The notes under the pieces are model-generated. The model worked only from the letters and a program-made list of their open reading frames with translations. It did no database searches and was not told the DNA's origin. From an uncultured Acidobacteriota bacterium (GTDB lineage Bacteria; Acidobacteriota; JAQAZP01), in the NCBI GenBank assembly GCA_963836075.1, contig CAWIIB010000009.1:1888001-1952000 (forward strand): DNA of 64,000 bases, in the 5' to 3' direction. Of this stretch, positions 50,761 through 60,235 are shown piece after piece; positions within the stretch are counted from its first letter, which is position 1; every line of letters starts with the position of its first letter. The position numbers and the translations under genes were made by a program.

Positions 50761-51885
50761 ATGGATCCTCTCGCCATCTTTACCGACTATACCCTGCGCA
50801 CCGTGGCCATGGGTGCGGCACTGCTGGGTGCCGTGAGCGGGGCGCTGGGCACCTTCGCCCTGTTGCGCCGCCGGGCCCTGCTCGGCGACGCCATGAGCCA
50901 TGCCGCCCTCCCCGGCATCGCCCTCGCCTTCCTGATCACCGGCAGCAAGGCGCCGCTGGTGATCCTGGCCGGGGCGGCGGTGGCCGGGTGGCTGGGGGCC
51001 TGGTTCGTGCTGCAGGTGGTCAACCTGACCCGGATCAAGGAGGACAGCGCTCTCGGCCTGGTGCTTTCGGTCTTCTTCGGCTTCGGTCTGGTCCTGCTGA
51101 CCTGGATTCAGAAACGTCCCGATGCCTCCCAGGCCGGGCTGGACAAGTTCCTCTTCGGCCAGGCGGCCACCCTGATGGAGAAGGATCTGCTGGCCATGGC
51201 GGCCCTGGGCCTGCCGGCTCTGATACTTATGCTTCTCTTCTGGAAGGAACTGAAGCTGCTCAGTTTCGATCCCGAATTCGGCAATTCCCTCGGCTATCCC
51301 ATGCGGCGGCTGGACCTGCTGCTGACCACCCTGCTGGTGGTGGCCATCGTCATCGGGCTGCAGACCGTGGGTGTGGTGCTGATGAGCGCGATGCTCGTCG
51401 CTCCGGCAGCTGCTGCCCGGCAGTGGACCGACCGCCTGGGTGTGATGGTGTTGCTGGCCGCCATTTTCGGTGCGGCGGGGGGAGTGGGCGGGGCGGTGCT
51501 TTCCAGCGCTGTCCGCCGGCTGCCAACCGGGCCCACCATCGTGCTCTTCATGAGCGCGGTGGTGCTGCTGTCGCTGCTGCTGGCGCCGAACCGCGGGCTG
51601 CTCTGGTCCTGGATCCGCCGGCTGCGCAGCCGCCGCCGCCTCCAGCTGCGGGCGGTGCTGGAGGACCTTCACGCCCTCTCGCTGCAGCATGCCGACCCAT
51701 ACCACCCGCACCGCACGGCCGTGCTGCGGGCGATGAGCGAAGGGCACGGCGGGGCGGACCGCAGCCTGGAGGAACTGGAGTCGCGGGGGCTGGCCCGGCG
51801 GGTGGGGCCTGACCGCTGGGCGCTGACCGAGGCGGGGGCGGCCGAAGCTGTCCGGACCATCGGTGAGCAGGGAGGTGCCCGATGA
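50761..51885 (+). CDS. mntC: Mn/Zn ABC permease with C-terminal winged-helix extension
   Basis: GDAMSHAALPG, FLFGQ, GLQTVG. Tail LEELESRGLARR...WALTEAG. Confidence 0.9.
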   Translation: MDPLAIFTDYTLRTVAMGAALLGAVSGALGTFALLRRRALLGDAMSHAALPGIALAFLITGSKAPLVILAGAAVAGWLGAWFVLQVVNLTRIKEDSALGLVLSVFFGFGLVLLTWIQKRPDASQAGLDKFLFGQAATLMEKDLLAMAALGLPALILMLLFWKELKLLSFDPEFGNSLGYPMRRLDLLLTTLLVVAIVIGLQTVGVVLMSAMLVAPAAAARQWTDRLGVMVLLAAIFGAAGGVGGAVLSSAVRRLPTGPTIVLFMSAVVLLSLLLAPNRGLLWSWIRRLRSRRRLQLRAVLEDLHALSLQHADPYHPHRTAVLRAMSEGHGGADRSLEELESRGLARRVGPDRWALTEAGAAEAVRTIGEQGGAR

Positions 51886-52991
51886 GCCCGGCCCAGGTGG
51901 AAATCCAGCTCATCGCGGCGGTGACCGCGGCCGCCTGCGCCCTGCCCGGGGTGTTCCTGGTGCTCCGGCGAATGGCGATGATGAGCGACGCCATCAGCCA
52001 CTCGATCCTTCTGGGTATCGTGCTGGCCTTCTTTGCCACCGGTGACCTGGCTTCGCCGCTGCTGCTGGTGGCGGCGGCGGTGACCGGTCTGGTCACCGTG
52101 GCGCTGGTGGAACTGCTGGGCCGGTCACGCCTCTTGAAGGAGGATGTCGCCATCGGCCTGGTTTTCCCGGTGCTGTTCAGTGCGGGGGTGATCCTCATCG
52201 CCCGCTATGCCGGGGACGTGCACCTGGACACCGACTCGGTGCTGCTGGGTGAGCTGGCCTTCGCACCCTTTCACCGCTTCCAGATGTTTGGTATGGATTG
52301 GGGGCCGGTCTCCCTGGTGGTGATGATCGGAGCGCTGCTGGCCAACGCCGCTTTCCTGCTCTTCTTCTACAAGGAGATGAAGCTCTCCACCTTCGACCCC
52401 GAGCTGGCCGCTGCACTGGGCTTCTCTCCAGTCTTCCTCCACTACACCCACATGGGTCTGGTCTCGGTAACCGCGGTGAGTGCCTTTGATGCGGTGGGCT
52501 CGGTGCTGGTGGTGGCCTTGATGATCGGTCCACCGGCCGCGGCCTACCTGCTCACCGACCGGCTGCCGGTGATGATATCCCTCTCGGTGGGCATCGGGGT
52601 GGCCAGTTCGCTGGCCGGGTACTGGCTGGCCCATTCCCTCGATGCCTCCATTGCCGGGTCGATGGCCGCCATGACCGGAGTGGCCTTTCTGCTGGCCCTT
52701 TTCTTTGCGCCGGGACGGGGGCTGGCCGCCATCGCCCGTCGCCGCCGGCGTCAGCGTCTGGACTTTGCCGGGCAGATGCTGGCCGTCCACTTGCTGCAGC
52801 ACGAGGGCTGCCCAGAGGAACCCTACGAGAGCAGCATGGCCCAGCTGGAAGAACACTTCCGCTGGGACCGGGGATTCGCCCAGCGCATTGTCCGGTTGGG
52901 GACGAATCGGGAACTGATGGTGCAGCAGGACGACTGTCTACAGCTCACCGACAGCGGGCGGGATCTGGCGCGGACAGTGGTGGTGCGTTAG
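51882..52991 (+). CDS. mntD: Mn/Zn ABC permease
   Basis: DAISHSILLG, VHLDTDSVLLGE, AFDAVGSVLV. Winged-helix-like tail LQLTDSG. Confidence 0.9.
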   Translation: MSPAQVEIQLIAAVTAAACALPGVFLVLRRMAMMSDAISHSILLGIVLAFFATGDLASPLLLVAAAVTGLVTVALVELLGRSRLLKEDVAIGLVFPVLFSAGVILIARYAGDVHLDTDSVLLGELAFAPFHRFQMFGMDWGPVSLVVMIGALLANAAFLLFFYKEMKLSTFDPELAAALGFSPVFLHYTHMGLVSVTAVSAFDAVGSVLVVALMIGPPAAAYLLTDRLPVMISLSVGIGVASSLAGYWLAHSLDASIAGSMAAMTGVAFLLALFFAPGRGLAAIARRRRRQRLDFAGQMLAVHLLQHEGCPEEPYESSMAQLEEHFRWDRGFAQRIVRLGTNRELMVQQDDCLQLTDSGRDLARTVVVR

Positions 52992-53542
52992 GGCAGCAGC
53001 TCGCGCCGCACCATGGCCAGCCAGGATTTGCGTGCCCGCACTTCATTCAGTGCGTTGTGCGTGGCCAGCCGGGCGAACCGGTCTTCCCCGAATTTCAGCG
53101 CTGCTAACCGTTCCAGCGTGTCTTTCTCCAGGCTCTTCAGTTCCGCGGCGGCACTGTCCAGCCAGCGGCCCAGCTCCCCCTGGTTCAGCAACCCGAGGAA
53201 GAAGGTCCGCGTGCGCAGCGGGTCGAAGGTTCCGTCCACGGCGGCACGTACCACCGGCGGGCCAAGCCAGCCGCGCAGTGCCTTCAGGCCGGACGGGGTG
53301 ACGGTGTACTCCTGCCCCGGGCGGCGTCCGCGGCGCCGTGTCCGTCCGGCGATCAGGCCGCGCTGGGCCAGCCGGCGGACCAGGGGGTAGATCGAGCCGG
53401 TGCTGGCGCTCCAGTGGGAGGAGAGCGACTGTTGAAACTGCTTTCGCACGGCGTAGGCCGTGCAGGGGCCATCGCTCCAGACCACGCCGAGCACGGTGGC
53501 TTCCAGGTCGGTGAGACCAGGCATTTCTTCAGACGTTCTCAT
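52988..53542 (-). CDS. PadR-family transcriptional regulator
   Basis: WSASTGSIYPLVRRL...YTVTPSG..ALRGWL. GAGGAG RBS. Confidence 0.85.
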   Translation of the reverse strand: MRTSEEMPGLTDLEATVLGVVWSDGPCTAYAVRKQFQQSLSSHWSASTGSIYPLVRRLAQRGLIAGRTRRRGRRPGQEYTVTPSGLKALRGWLGPPVVRAAVDGTFDPLRTRTFFLGLLNQGELGRWLDSAAAELKSLEKDTLERLAALKFGEDRFARLATHNALNEVRARKSWLAMVRRELLP

Positions 53543-53659
53543 GGCACTCCTCAACAGGTCATCTGACCGCTGGTTGGTGCGAATCGTATCGTGTTTCTGT
53601 CCGGCGTGCCAGTGCGGCAGACAGTTGACCGGAACCCGGAGCGCGGATAGAGTCGAGTG

Positions 53660-55042
53660 ATGGACGTCCTGCTCATCAAACCCGGCAATCTGAGCGACCA
53701 CATTCAGCCGTCGTTGGCCCTGGGATACCTGGCGGCGCAGATCCGCCGGGACCACCGGGTGCGGATCGTCGACCTGATGAAGGAGGACCACTCCGCCGAA
53801 GGCCTGGCCGCCTTGCTGGGGGAGTTCCAGCCGCGGCTGGTGGGGATCCAGTGCTACAGCATGGATCTGCCCCAGGTGAAGAACCTGCTGGAAACGGTCA
53901 AGAACCACGATCCGGAGGTGACCACCATCATCGGCGGGGCCCACCCCACGGCCGCCCCGGCCCAGTGCCTGGTGCAGTTCGGTCCGGAACTGCTCGACTT
54001 CGTTATTGCTGGTGAAGCGGAACGGGGTTTTCCCCTGCTGCTGGCGGTGCTGGAGGCGGGCCAGGTCACATTCGAAGAAATCCCTGGACTGGGCTGGCGG
54101 GAAGGCGAGGGGGTCCGCCTCAACGAGCCGGAGTTTCTGGAAGACCTGGATAGCCTGGGCATGCCGGCCTGGGACCTGATCTCACCGGAAAACTATCCCT
54201 TTTCACCCCACGGTGTGGTCTGCATGAACCAGCCGGTGGCGCCGGTGATGGCCACCCGGGGCTGCCCCTACCTCTGCACCTTCTGTTCCACTGCCGGCCA
54301 GCCGTTCCGCAAGCGCTCGGCAGGCCTCTTCCTCGAGGAGGTGCAACTACTCTACCAGACCCACGGGATCCGCGAATTCCACATGGTCGACGACAACTTC
54401 ACCATGGACATGGACTATGCCCGCGACCTGCTGGAGGGACTGATCCGCCTCGACCTCAAGGCCAGCTGGTCCACCCCTAACGGGGTTCGCCTGGAGCGGC
54501 TGGACCGGGAGATCATCGAACTGATGAAGAAGGCCGGTTTCTACTCCATCGCCGTGGGGATCGAGTCGGGATCGGACAGGATACGTAAACTGATCCGCAA
54601 GGGGTCCACCACCGACGAGGTGCGGCGCAAGATCAGGATGGTCCGGGACGCTGGCGGGATCGACATTACAGGCTTCTTCATGCTCGGCATCCCCGGGGAG
54701 ACCCGCGAGGACATCGAAGCCACGCTCCGCTTCTCCCGCGAGCTGCCCCTGCACCGGGCCGCCTTCCACTCCTTTCTGCCCCTCCCAGGGGCCAGAATCT
54801 GGCAGGAAATGGAGGAGAGCGGCGAGATCAACCAGGCGGACCTTTCCCACCGCTACTTTTTCTGGGCCGGGGCTTACGTGCCGCGGGGGATGAGCAGGGG
54901 CGAACTGCGAAGCCTGCACCGCAAGGCTTTTCTCCGCTTCTACCTCCGCCCCCGGATCCTGCTGGCCAACGGCCGCTACCTGCTCAAACCCCGGGTGATG
55001 AAACACGCCCTCAAATATCTTCTCCGGCGGTTCCAGGGTTGA
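53660..55042 (+). CDS. B12-binding radical SAM protein
   Basis: IGGAHPT, GEAE, TRGCPYLCTFC, DDNF, GIESGS, GIPGET. Confidence 0.92.
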   Translation: MDVLLIKPGNLSDHIQPSLALGYLAAQIRRDHRVRIVDLMKEDHSAEGLAALLGEFQPRLVGIQCYSMDLPQVKNLLETVKNHDPEVTTIIGGAHPTAAPAQCLVQFGPELLDFVIAGEAERGFPLLLAVLEAGQVTFEEIPGLGWREGEGVRLNEPEFLEDLDSLGMPAWDLISPENYPFSPHGVVCMNQPVAPVMATRGCPYLCTFCSTAGQPFRKRSAGLFLEEVQLLYQTHGIREFHMVDDNFTMDMDYARDLLEGLIRLDLKASWSTPNGVRLERLDREIIELMKKAGFYSIAVGIESGSDRIRKLIRKGSTTDEVRRKIRMVRDAGGIDITGFFMLGIPGETREDIEATLRFSRELPLHRAAFHSFLPLPGARIWQEMEESGEINQADLSHRYFFWAGAYVPRGMSRGELRSLHRKAFLRFYLRPRILLANGRYLLKPRVMKHALKYLLRRFQG

Positions 55043-55057
55043 GGCCGGGCGGGTCAT

Positions 55058-55080
55058 CCCCCCCGTCTGCCGGGGGGGGG
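55058..55080. terminator. C/G hairpin between convergent genes
   Basis: C-run / G-run stem. Confidence 0.4.
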
Positions 55081-55090
55081 ATTCAGCCGG

Positions 55091-55936
55091 CTACAAATTG
55101 ATGGCCAGGGCGATCACCGAGATCAGGTCGTTCCTCTTCGAGTCGTAGGGCGGACGTGAGTTGTAGCGGTCCTCGATGGAGAAGCGCAGGCTCAGAGTGG
55201 TGGTCATCGCCGCTTCCACACCGATGGCGGCGTTGACCAGGTAGCTGTCGAAATCGTCGAACTCGGGCATATACTCCGCCGTCTGCCAGATCTTCGCCGT
55301 CGGGCTGAACCGGTACTCGAAGTTGTTGGCCAGGCGCAGGGAGAATTTGTCGTCCGCATCGAGGGTCGGCATGTCGCCGGTGGGGTCGTCCTCGTAATCC
55401 TCGTGGATGTAGGCCACACCGCCTTCCAGGCCCAGCGTGGTCCGCCCGCTGTCGATCACGTTGCGGCCGTAGCCCACCGCGGTGGTGAAGCGGTAGGCGA
55501 TCAGCGCGATCTTGTCGTGGAACAGCGAGGTGTTGGAAAAGATATACGACTTGTCGAACATCCGCTTGTAGTTGAAGAACAGGTTGGCGATCTCGGTGGA
55601 TGTCTCACTGTCGGTCTCGCCGTAGCTGCCCGAGAGGCCGAGGGCGAACTCGTTTTTCTCGGTTTTCTTTTCGCTGCCCACGGACAGGTTCAGGCCCAGG
55701 GTGTCGCTGTTGCCCGAGGTCAGGCTGCCGCCAAAGCCGATGGAGGTGAGCCAGCGGGGTTCGGCATCTTCCTCTTCTTCCGTGGCCGTGGCCTCCAGCA
55801 GGTCCTCGGCCGCCGTGGCGGCGCCGGCAACCGAGTCCTGTGCCAGGGCCATGGACGGCACGGCGAGCAGCAGGACGGCAACGGCCAGGGTCATCAGGGC
55901 TCTCAAAATCGAGGCGTTCAGTTTACGTTTACTCAT
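55091..55936 (-). CDS. DUF481 (YdiY-like) outer-membrane beta-barrel protein
   Basis: Signal peptide, GGSLTSGNSDT, alternating beta pattern, DRYNSRP. Confidence 0.85.
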   Translation of the reverse strand: MSKRKLNASILRALMTLAVAVLLLAVPSMALAQDSVAGAATAAEDLLEATATEEEEDAEPRWLTSIGFGGSLTSGNSDTLGLNLSVGSEKKTEKNEFALGLSGSYGETDSETSTEIANLFFNYKRMFDKSYIFSNTSLFHDKIALIAYRFTTAVGYGRNVIDSGRTTLGLEGGVAYIHEDYEDDPTGDMPTLDADDKFSLRLANNFEYRFSPTAKIWQTAEYMPEFDDFDSYLVNAAIGVEAAMTTTLSLRFSIEDRYNSRPPYDSKRNDLISVIALAINL

Positions 55937-56045
55937 GGTCTTTCTCACGAGCTCCTCTGAATAGTGCCGGGCCTTATATCCAAGGCCCGGAGAATTCGTT
56001 TCGTTCACACAGCCGCAATTGGCGGCCGAGTCCAAATCTGGATGC

Positions 56046-56873
56046 TCAGGCAGCGCTGTCGCCGGCCTGGTGAATGTGCACGTCGCGCTGGGGGAACGGG
56101 ATGGAGCAGCCGTTGGCCTCCAGCTCTTCCTTCAACCGGCGGGTCAGTTCGAACTTCACCCCGAAGTAGTCGGCCGGGATGCACCAGGGGCGGACCACCA
56201 GGTTGACCGAGGAATCGCCCATCTCGCAGACCGCCACCTGGGGCTCCGGATCGGCCAGCACACGGTCGTCAGCCTTCACCACCCGGGTGATAATCTCGAT
56301 GGCCTTGCCGATGTCGTCGCCGTAGCTGATACCCACCACCATGTCCACCCGCCGTCTTTCGATGTCGGTGTAGTTGCTGATGGTGGCGCCGTAGACCTGA
56401 GAGTTGGGGACGATTACTTTGACGTTGTCCGGGGTGCTGAGCGTGGTGGTGAAGATACCGAGCTCCTGGACCACACCAGTGATGCCGCCGGTTTCCACCA
56501 GGTCCCCGATCTTGAAGGGTCGGAAGATCAGCAGCATCACCCCGGCGGCGAAGCTGGAGAGGGTTCCCTGGAGGGCCAGGCCCACGGCCAGACCGGCGGC
56601 GCCCAGCACCACCACGAATGATGCGACGGGAATGCCGAAGATGCCGAGCACGGCGATGATCACGAAAGCGATCGCCAGGTAGTAGACCATGCTTGAAACA
56701 AAGGGGATCAGTGTCGCGTCGGTTTTGCTCCGCTCGAGCAGACGCCGGGTCCAGCCGCGCATCATGCCGGCCACCATGCGGCCGATGATCAGCACCGCTA
56801 TTGCGCCCACTACCCGAAGCCCCCAGGTGGAGACCAGTTGGGTGATCACGTTTATGATCGCTTCCGTGTCCAT
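56046..56873 (-). CDS. mscS: Small-conductance mechanosensitive channel
   Basis: GAAGLAVGLALQGTLSSFAAG, RPFKIGD, IPFPQRDVH. Confidence 0.93.
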   Translation of the reverse strand: MDTEAIINVITQLVSTWGLRVVGAIAVLIIGRMVAGMMRGWTRRLLERSKTDATLIPFVSSMVYYLAIAFVIIAVLGIFGIPVASFVVVLGAAGLAVGLALQGTLSSFAAGVMLLIFRPFKIGDLVETGGITGVVQELGIFTTTLSTPDNVKVIVPNSQVYGATISNYTDIERRRVDMVVGISYGDDIGKAIEIITRVVKADDRVLADPEPQVAVCEMGDSSVNLVVRPWCIPADYFGVKFELTRRLKEELEANGCSIPFPQRDVHIHQAGDSAA

Positions 56874-57289
56874 TTTGCGTTCCTCCGAACAGTTTTTGCG
56901 GGTTTACTCGATGGTGACCGAATTCCGTGGGAATTGCCGGCCACCCGTGTGCATTCCTGATTCGATAATTTAATCGACAGATATTATCTAAATAGCGGGC
57001 GATGTCAAATGATAAAACAGGGACTGCTTACGATTTATATGATGATCTTAAGACAAAAAAGTCACAAGAAAAGTGAAGTCATGACCCACTTGAGCCGGAT
57101 GGCACTGTTGCCATGGGGCAGGTCGTGGTTAATGAGGCCAATGCAGTCCGTCTCGCCTTCCCATGGCAAAGTAATCCGGATAGTATTAGGGAATATTGAA
57201 TACACAGTTTTTGGCGATTTTCACGTTTTTATGGACGGGATACACCGTAAACTTGTCATGCACCCTGATTCATTCCTGAGGAGCAAGAA

Positions 57290-58438
57290 ATGATGGAAAA
57301 ACCCAGATGCCGGTCCGTCCGGTGTTGCGGCCTGGTCATTGCGGCGCTCATTTTCGTGCTGCCCGCCCTGACCCTTGCCTCCACCGGCGATGCGGGCCAC
57401 CCAAAAACCGGGGCGGAAATCTACATGGAGGCCTGTGCCAACTGCCATGGCGCGGACGGCCGGGGGGCGCCTCCGAGCCTGCTGGCCTTCGCGGAGCAGG
57501 TGCCCGACTTCACCGATTGCGATTTTACCATGCGCGAACCTTCGGCCGACTGGACGGGCATCGCTTTCGAGGGCGGCCCCACCCGGGGGTTCTCCGTGAT
57601 GATGCCCGCCTTTGGCGAAGTGCTCACCGTGGCCGAGCTGGAAATGGTCATCGCCTACGTGAAGGAGTTCTGCCAGGACAAGCGTTGGCCCAGCGGCGAC
57701 CTGAACCTCCCCCGGGCGATTTTCACCGAAAAGGCCTTTGTCGAGGATGAGGCGGTCTTCTCGGTGACCGTACCCACCGAAGGCGACAAAGTGTCTTCCA
57801 AGGTGATTTACGAGCAGCGTTTCGGGCCCAAGAGCCAGTTCGAGCTGATCGTGCCCCTGGGCTGGGCAGAGAAGCCGGGAGATGAAAATGGTGACGGCGA
57901 CGGCTGGACCTCGGCGGTGGGCGACATCGCCGTGGGGGTCAAACACATCCTCTACTTCAGCAGGGAGCGGGGGAGTATCTTCAGCATTGCGGGAGAGGTA
58001 AAACTTCCCACCGGTGACGAGGACGAGGGGTTCGGCAAGGGAACCGCGGCTATCGAGCCTTTTGTTTCCTTTGGCCAGATCCTGCCCGCCGAGTTCTTCC
58101 TCCACGCCCAGGCCGGCACCGAGGTGCCATTCGATTCCGACAAGGCGGACACCGAGGGTTTCCTGCGCCTGGCCCTGGGCCGGACCTTTACCGCCGGGAC
58201 CTGGGGCCGTGCCTGGTCACCCATTGTGGAAGTGCTGGGTGGACGGGAGTTCGTCTCCGGAGCCGACACCAACTGGGACGTGGCGCCCCAGATCCAGGTG
58301 ACCCTGAATACCCGGCAGCACGTGATGATGAGCATCGGTGTGCGCACGCCGATCAACAATACCGAAGGACGTTCGACCCAGATTGCGGCCTACCTGCTGT
58401 GGGACTGGTTCGACGGCGGATTCTCCGAGGGGTGGTGA
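57290..58438 (+). CDS. Monoheme cytochrome c fused to an outer-membrane beta-barrel-like domain
   Basis: Signal peptide, CANCH, MMPAF distal Met. C-terminal GDIAVGVK...VKLPTGDEDEGFGKG and terminal Trp. Confidence 0.8.
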   Translation: MMEKPRCRSVRCCGLVIAALIFVLPALTLASTGDAGHPKTGAEIYMEACANCHGADGRGAPPSLLAFAEQVPDFTDCDFTMREPSADWTGIAFEGGPTRGFSVMMPAFGEVLTVAELEMVIAYVKEFCQDKRWPSGDLNLPRAIFTEKAFVEDEAVFSVTVPTEGDKVSSKVIYEQRFGPKSQFELIVPLGWAEKPGDENGDGDGWTSAVGDIAVGVKHILYFSRERGSIFSIAGEVKLPTGDEDEGFGKGTAAIEPFVSFGQILPAEFFLHAQAGTEVPFDSDKADTEGFLRLALGRTFTAGTWGRAWSPIVEVLGGREFVSGADTNWDVAPQIQVTLNTRQHVMMSIGVRTPINNTEGRSTQIAAYLLWDWFDGGFSEGW

Positions 58439-58439
58439 A

Positions 58440-60107
58440 ATGAAGAGCATGAAACAGGCAATTGTTCTGCTGCCGGTTCTGCTGCTGTGGACGGCGGTTT
58501 TCCTTAGCCCGGCGGCCCTGGCTTCTTCCCCGGAATCGACCACGGGTGTGCTGACCGAAGAGATGGCCGGGCAGCCCGAACTGTTCGTCACCGCCGACCG
58601 CTGTATCGCCTGTCACAACGGGTTGACCGACCATTCGGGCCAGGACATCTCCATCGGCGCCAACTGGCGCTCCTCGATGATGGCCAATGCGGCCCTGGAT
58701 CCATACTGGCAAGCCGCGGTGCGCCGGGAGATCATGATTCACCCCGCTGCTTCGGCGGCGATCCAGCACGAGTGTTCGGCCTGCCACATGCCCATGGCGC
58801 GCTTTCATGCCAAGGTCGCCGGCGGGCAGGGCGGTGTCTTCGAAAACCTGCCGGCAAACCGGCAGCAGTCGCCCAGAGGAGTGCTGGCCGTCGACGGCGT
58901 TTCCTGCACCGTCTGCCACCAGATCACGGCCGATCATTTTGGAGAGAAAGAGAGCTTCACCGCCGGTTTTACCATCGACACCACAACGCCGATGGGACAG
59001 CGCACGATCAACGGGCCGTTCGAGGTCGATGCCGGCCGCCAGCGCCTGATGCATTCGGCCACCTTTTACAACCAGCAGAAGGCGGGGCACATCCAGGAGT
59101 CGGAACTGTGCGCCACCTGCCATACGCTATACACCCATGCCCTGGACGACCAGGGCAACGTGGTGGGCGAACTGCCCGAGCAGGTGCCGTACCTGGAGTG
59201 GAAACACAGTTCCTTTGCCGGGGAGCGAAGCTGCCAGTCCTGCCATATGCCCGAAGTAGCCGGGGAGGCGAAGGTCTCCGGCGTGATGGGCCTCCAGCAC
59301 GAGAACGTCTCGAAGCACAGCTTCCGTGGCGGCAACTTCTTCATGCCCCGGATTTTCAACAAGCACCGCGGCGAGCTTGGCGTGCCGGCACTGCCCCAGG
59401 AACTGGCCGGCACCTCGGCCAGCGCGGAAGAGAACCTGGCCAATGCTTCGGCCACTCTGGCCTTGCAGAATGTCGAGCGTTCCGGTGACACGGTGCGGGC
59501 GGAAGTGCTGCTGCAGAACCTGGCCGGTCACAAACTGCCCACGGCCTACCCCTCGCGCCGGGTCTGGGTCCGTTTCACGGTGCAGAACGACAAGGGTGAG
59601 CCCCTCTTCCAGTCGGGTGTGTTGAACGCTGACGGCTCCATTGCCGGCAATGACAACGACGCTGATGGCGCCACCTACGAGCCGCACTACGACCTGATCG
59701 ATCAGGCCGTCCAGGTTCAGATCTACGAGCCGATCCTCGGCGATCACCAGGGCAGGGTCACCACCTCGCTGATCAGCGGCGTCAGCTACCTCAAGGACAA
59801 CCGCATCCTGCCCGATGGCTTCGACAAGGCCACGGCCCACGAAGACGTTGCGGTCAACGGTGCGGCCTCCGAGGACGCCGACTTCATCGGCGGCTCTGAC
59901 CGCGTGAGTTACGAGATAAAACTGGAAAGTGCCCCGGGACCGGTCACCGTCAGGGCCGAGCTGTGGTACCAGCCCATTGGCCATCGCTGGGCGCACAACC
60001 TGGCCGACACCGACGCCGCCGAGACCGCCCGCTTCGTCTCCTACTACGAAGAGCAGGCGGCTGACTCCGCCGTGATGCTGGCCCGGGACGAGGTGGTGGT
60101 TGAGTGA
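58440..60107 (+). CDS. Pentaheme cytochrome c with C-terminal beta-sandwich-like domain
   Basis: Five CxxCH motifs (CIACH, CSACH, CTVCH, CATCH, CQSCH), AGHKLPTA, signal peptide. Confidence 0.88.
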   Translation: MKSMKQAIVLLPVLLLWTAVFLSPAALASSPESTTGVLTEEMAGQPELFVTADRCIACHNGLTDHSGQDISIGANWRSSMMANAALDPYWQAAVRREIMIHPAASAAIQHECSACHMPMARFHAKVAGGQGGVFENLPANRQQSPRGVLAVDGVSCTVCHQITADHFGEKESFTAGFTIDTTTPMGQRTINGPFEVDAGRQRLMHSATFYNQQKAGHIQESELCATCHTLYTHALDDQGNVVGELPEQVPYLEWKHSSFAGERSCQSCHMPEVAGEAKVSGVMGLQHENVSKHSFRGGNFFMPRIFNKHRGELGVPALPQELAGTSASAEENLANASATLALQNVERSGDTVRAEVLLQNLAGHKLPTAYPSRRVWVRFTVQNDKGEPLFQSGVLNADGSIAGNDNDADGATYEPHYDLIDQAVQVQIYEPILGDHQGRVTTSLISGVSYLKDNRILPDGFDKATAHEDVAVNGAASEDADFIGGSDRVSYEIKLESAPGPVTVRAELWYQPIGHRWAHNLADTDAAETARFVSYYEEQAADSAVMLARDEVVVE

Positions 60108-60126
60108 ATGAAAAGAGGTGACAAAA

Positions 60127-60230
60127 AATAGGTGACAGTCACCTATTATCCGGCTGTGAAAGATTGGGGTCAGGTCCCTTTCATTTGCATCGATTCCGGT
60201 GCAAATGAAAGGGACCTGACCCCAATCTTT
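60127..60230. repeat. REP/REPIN-like palindromes (probably also a bidirectional terminator)
   Basis: AATAGGTGAC-A-GTCACCTATT, plus a perfect 31-bp inverted repeat at 60159-60189 / 60200-60230. Confidence 0.8.
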
Positions 60231-60235
60231 ATGCA

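Noticed and set aside
57100-57115. TGGCACTGTTGC as a sigma54 promoter for the cytochrome genes
   Set aside because: GG-to-GC spacing is too short (not N10).
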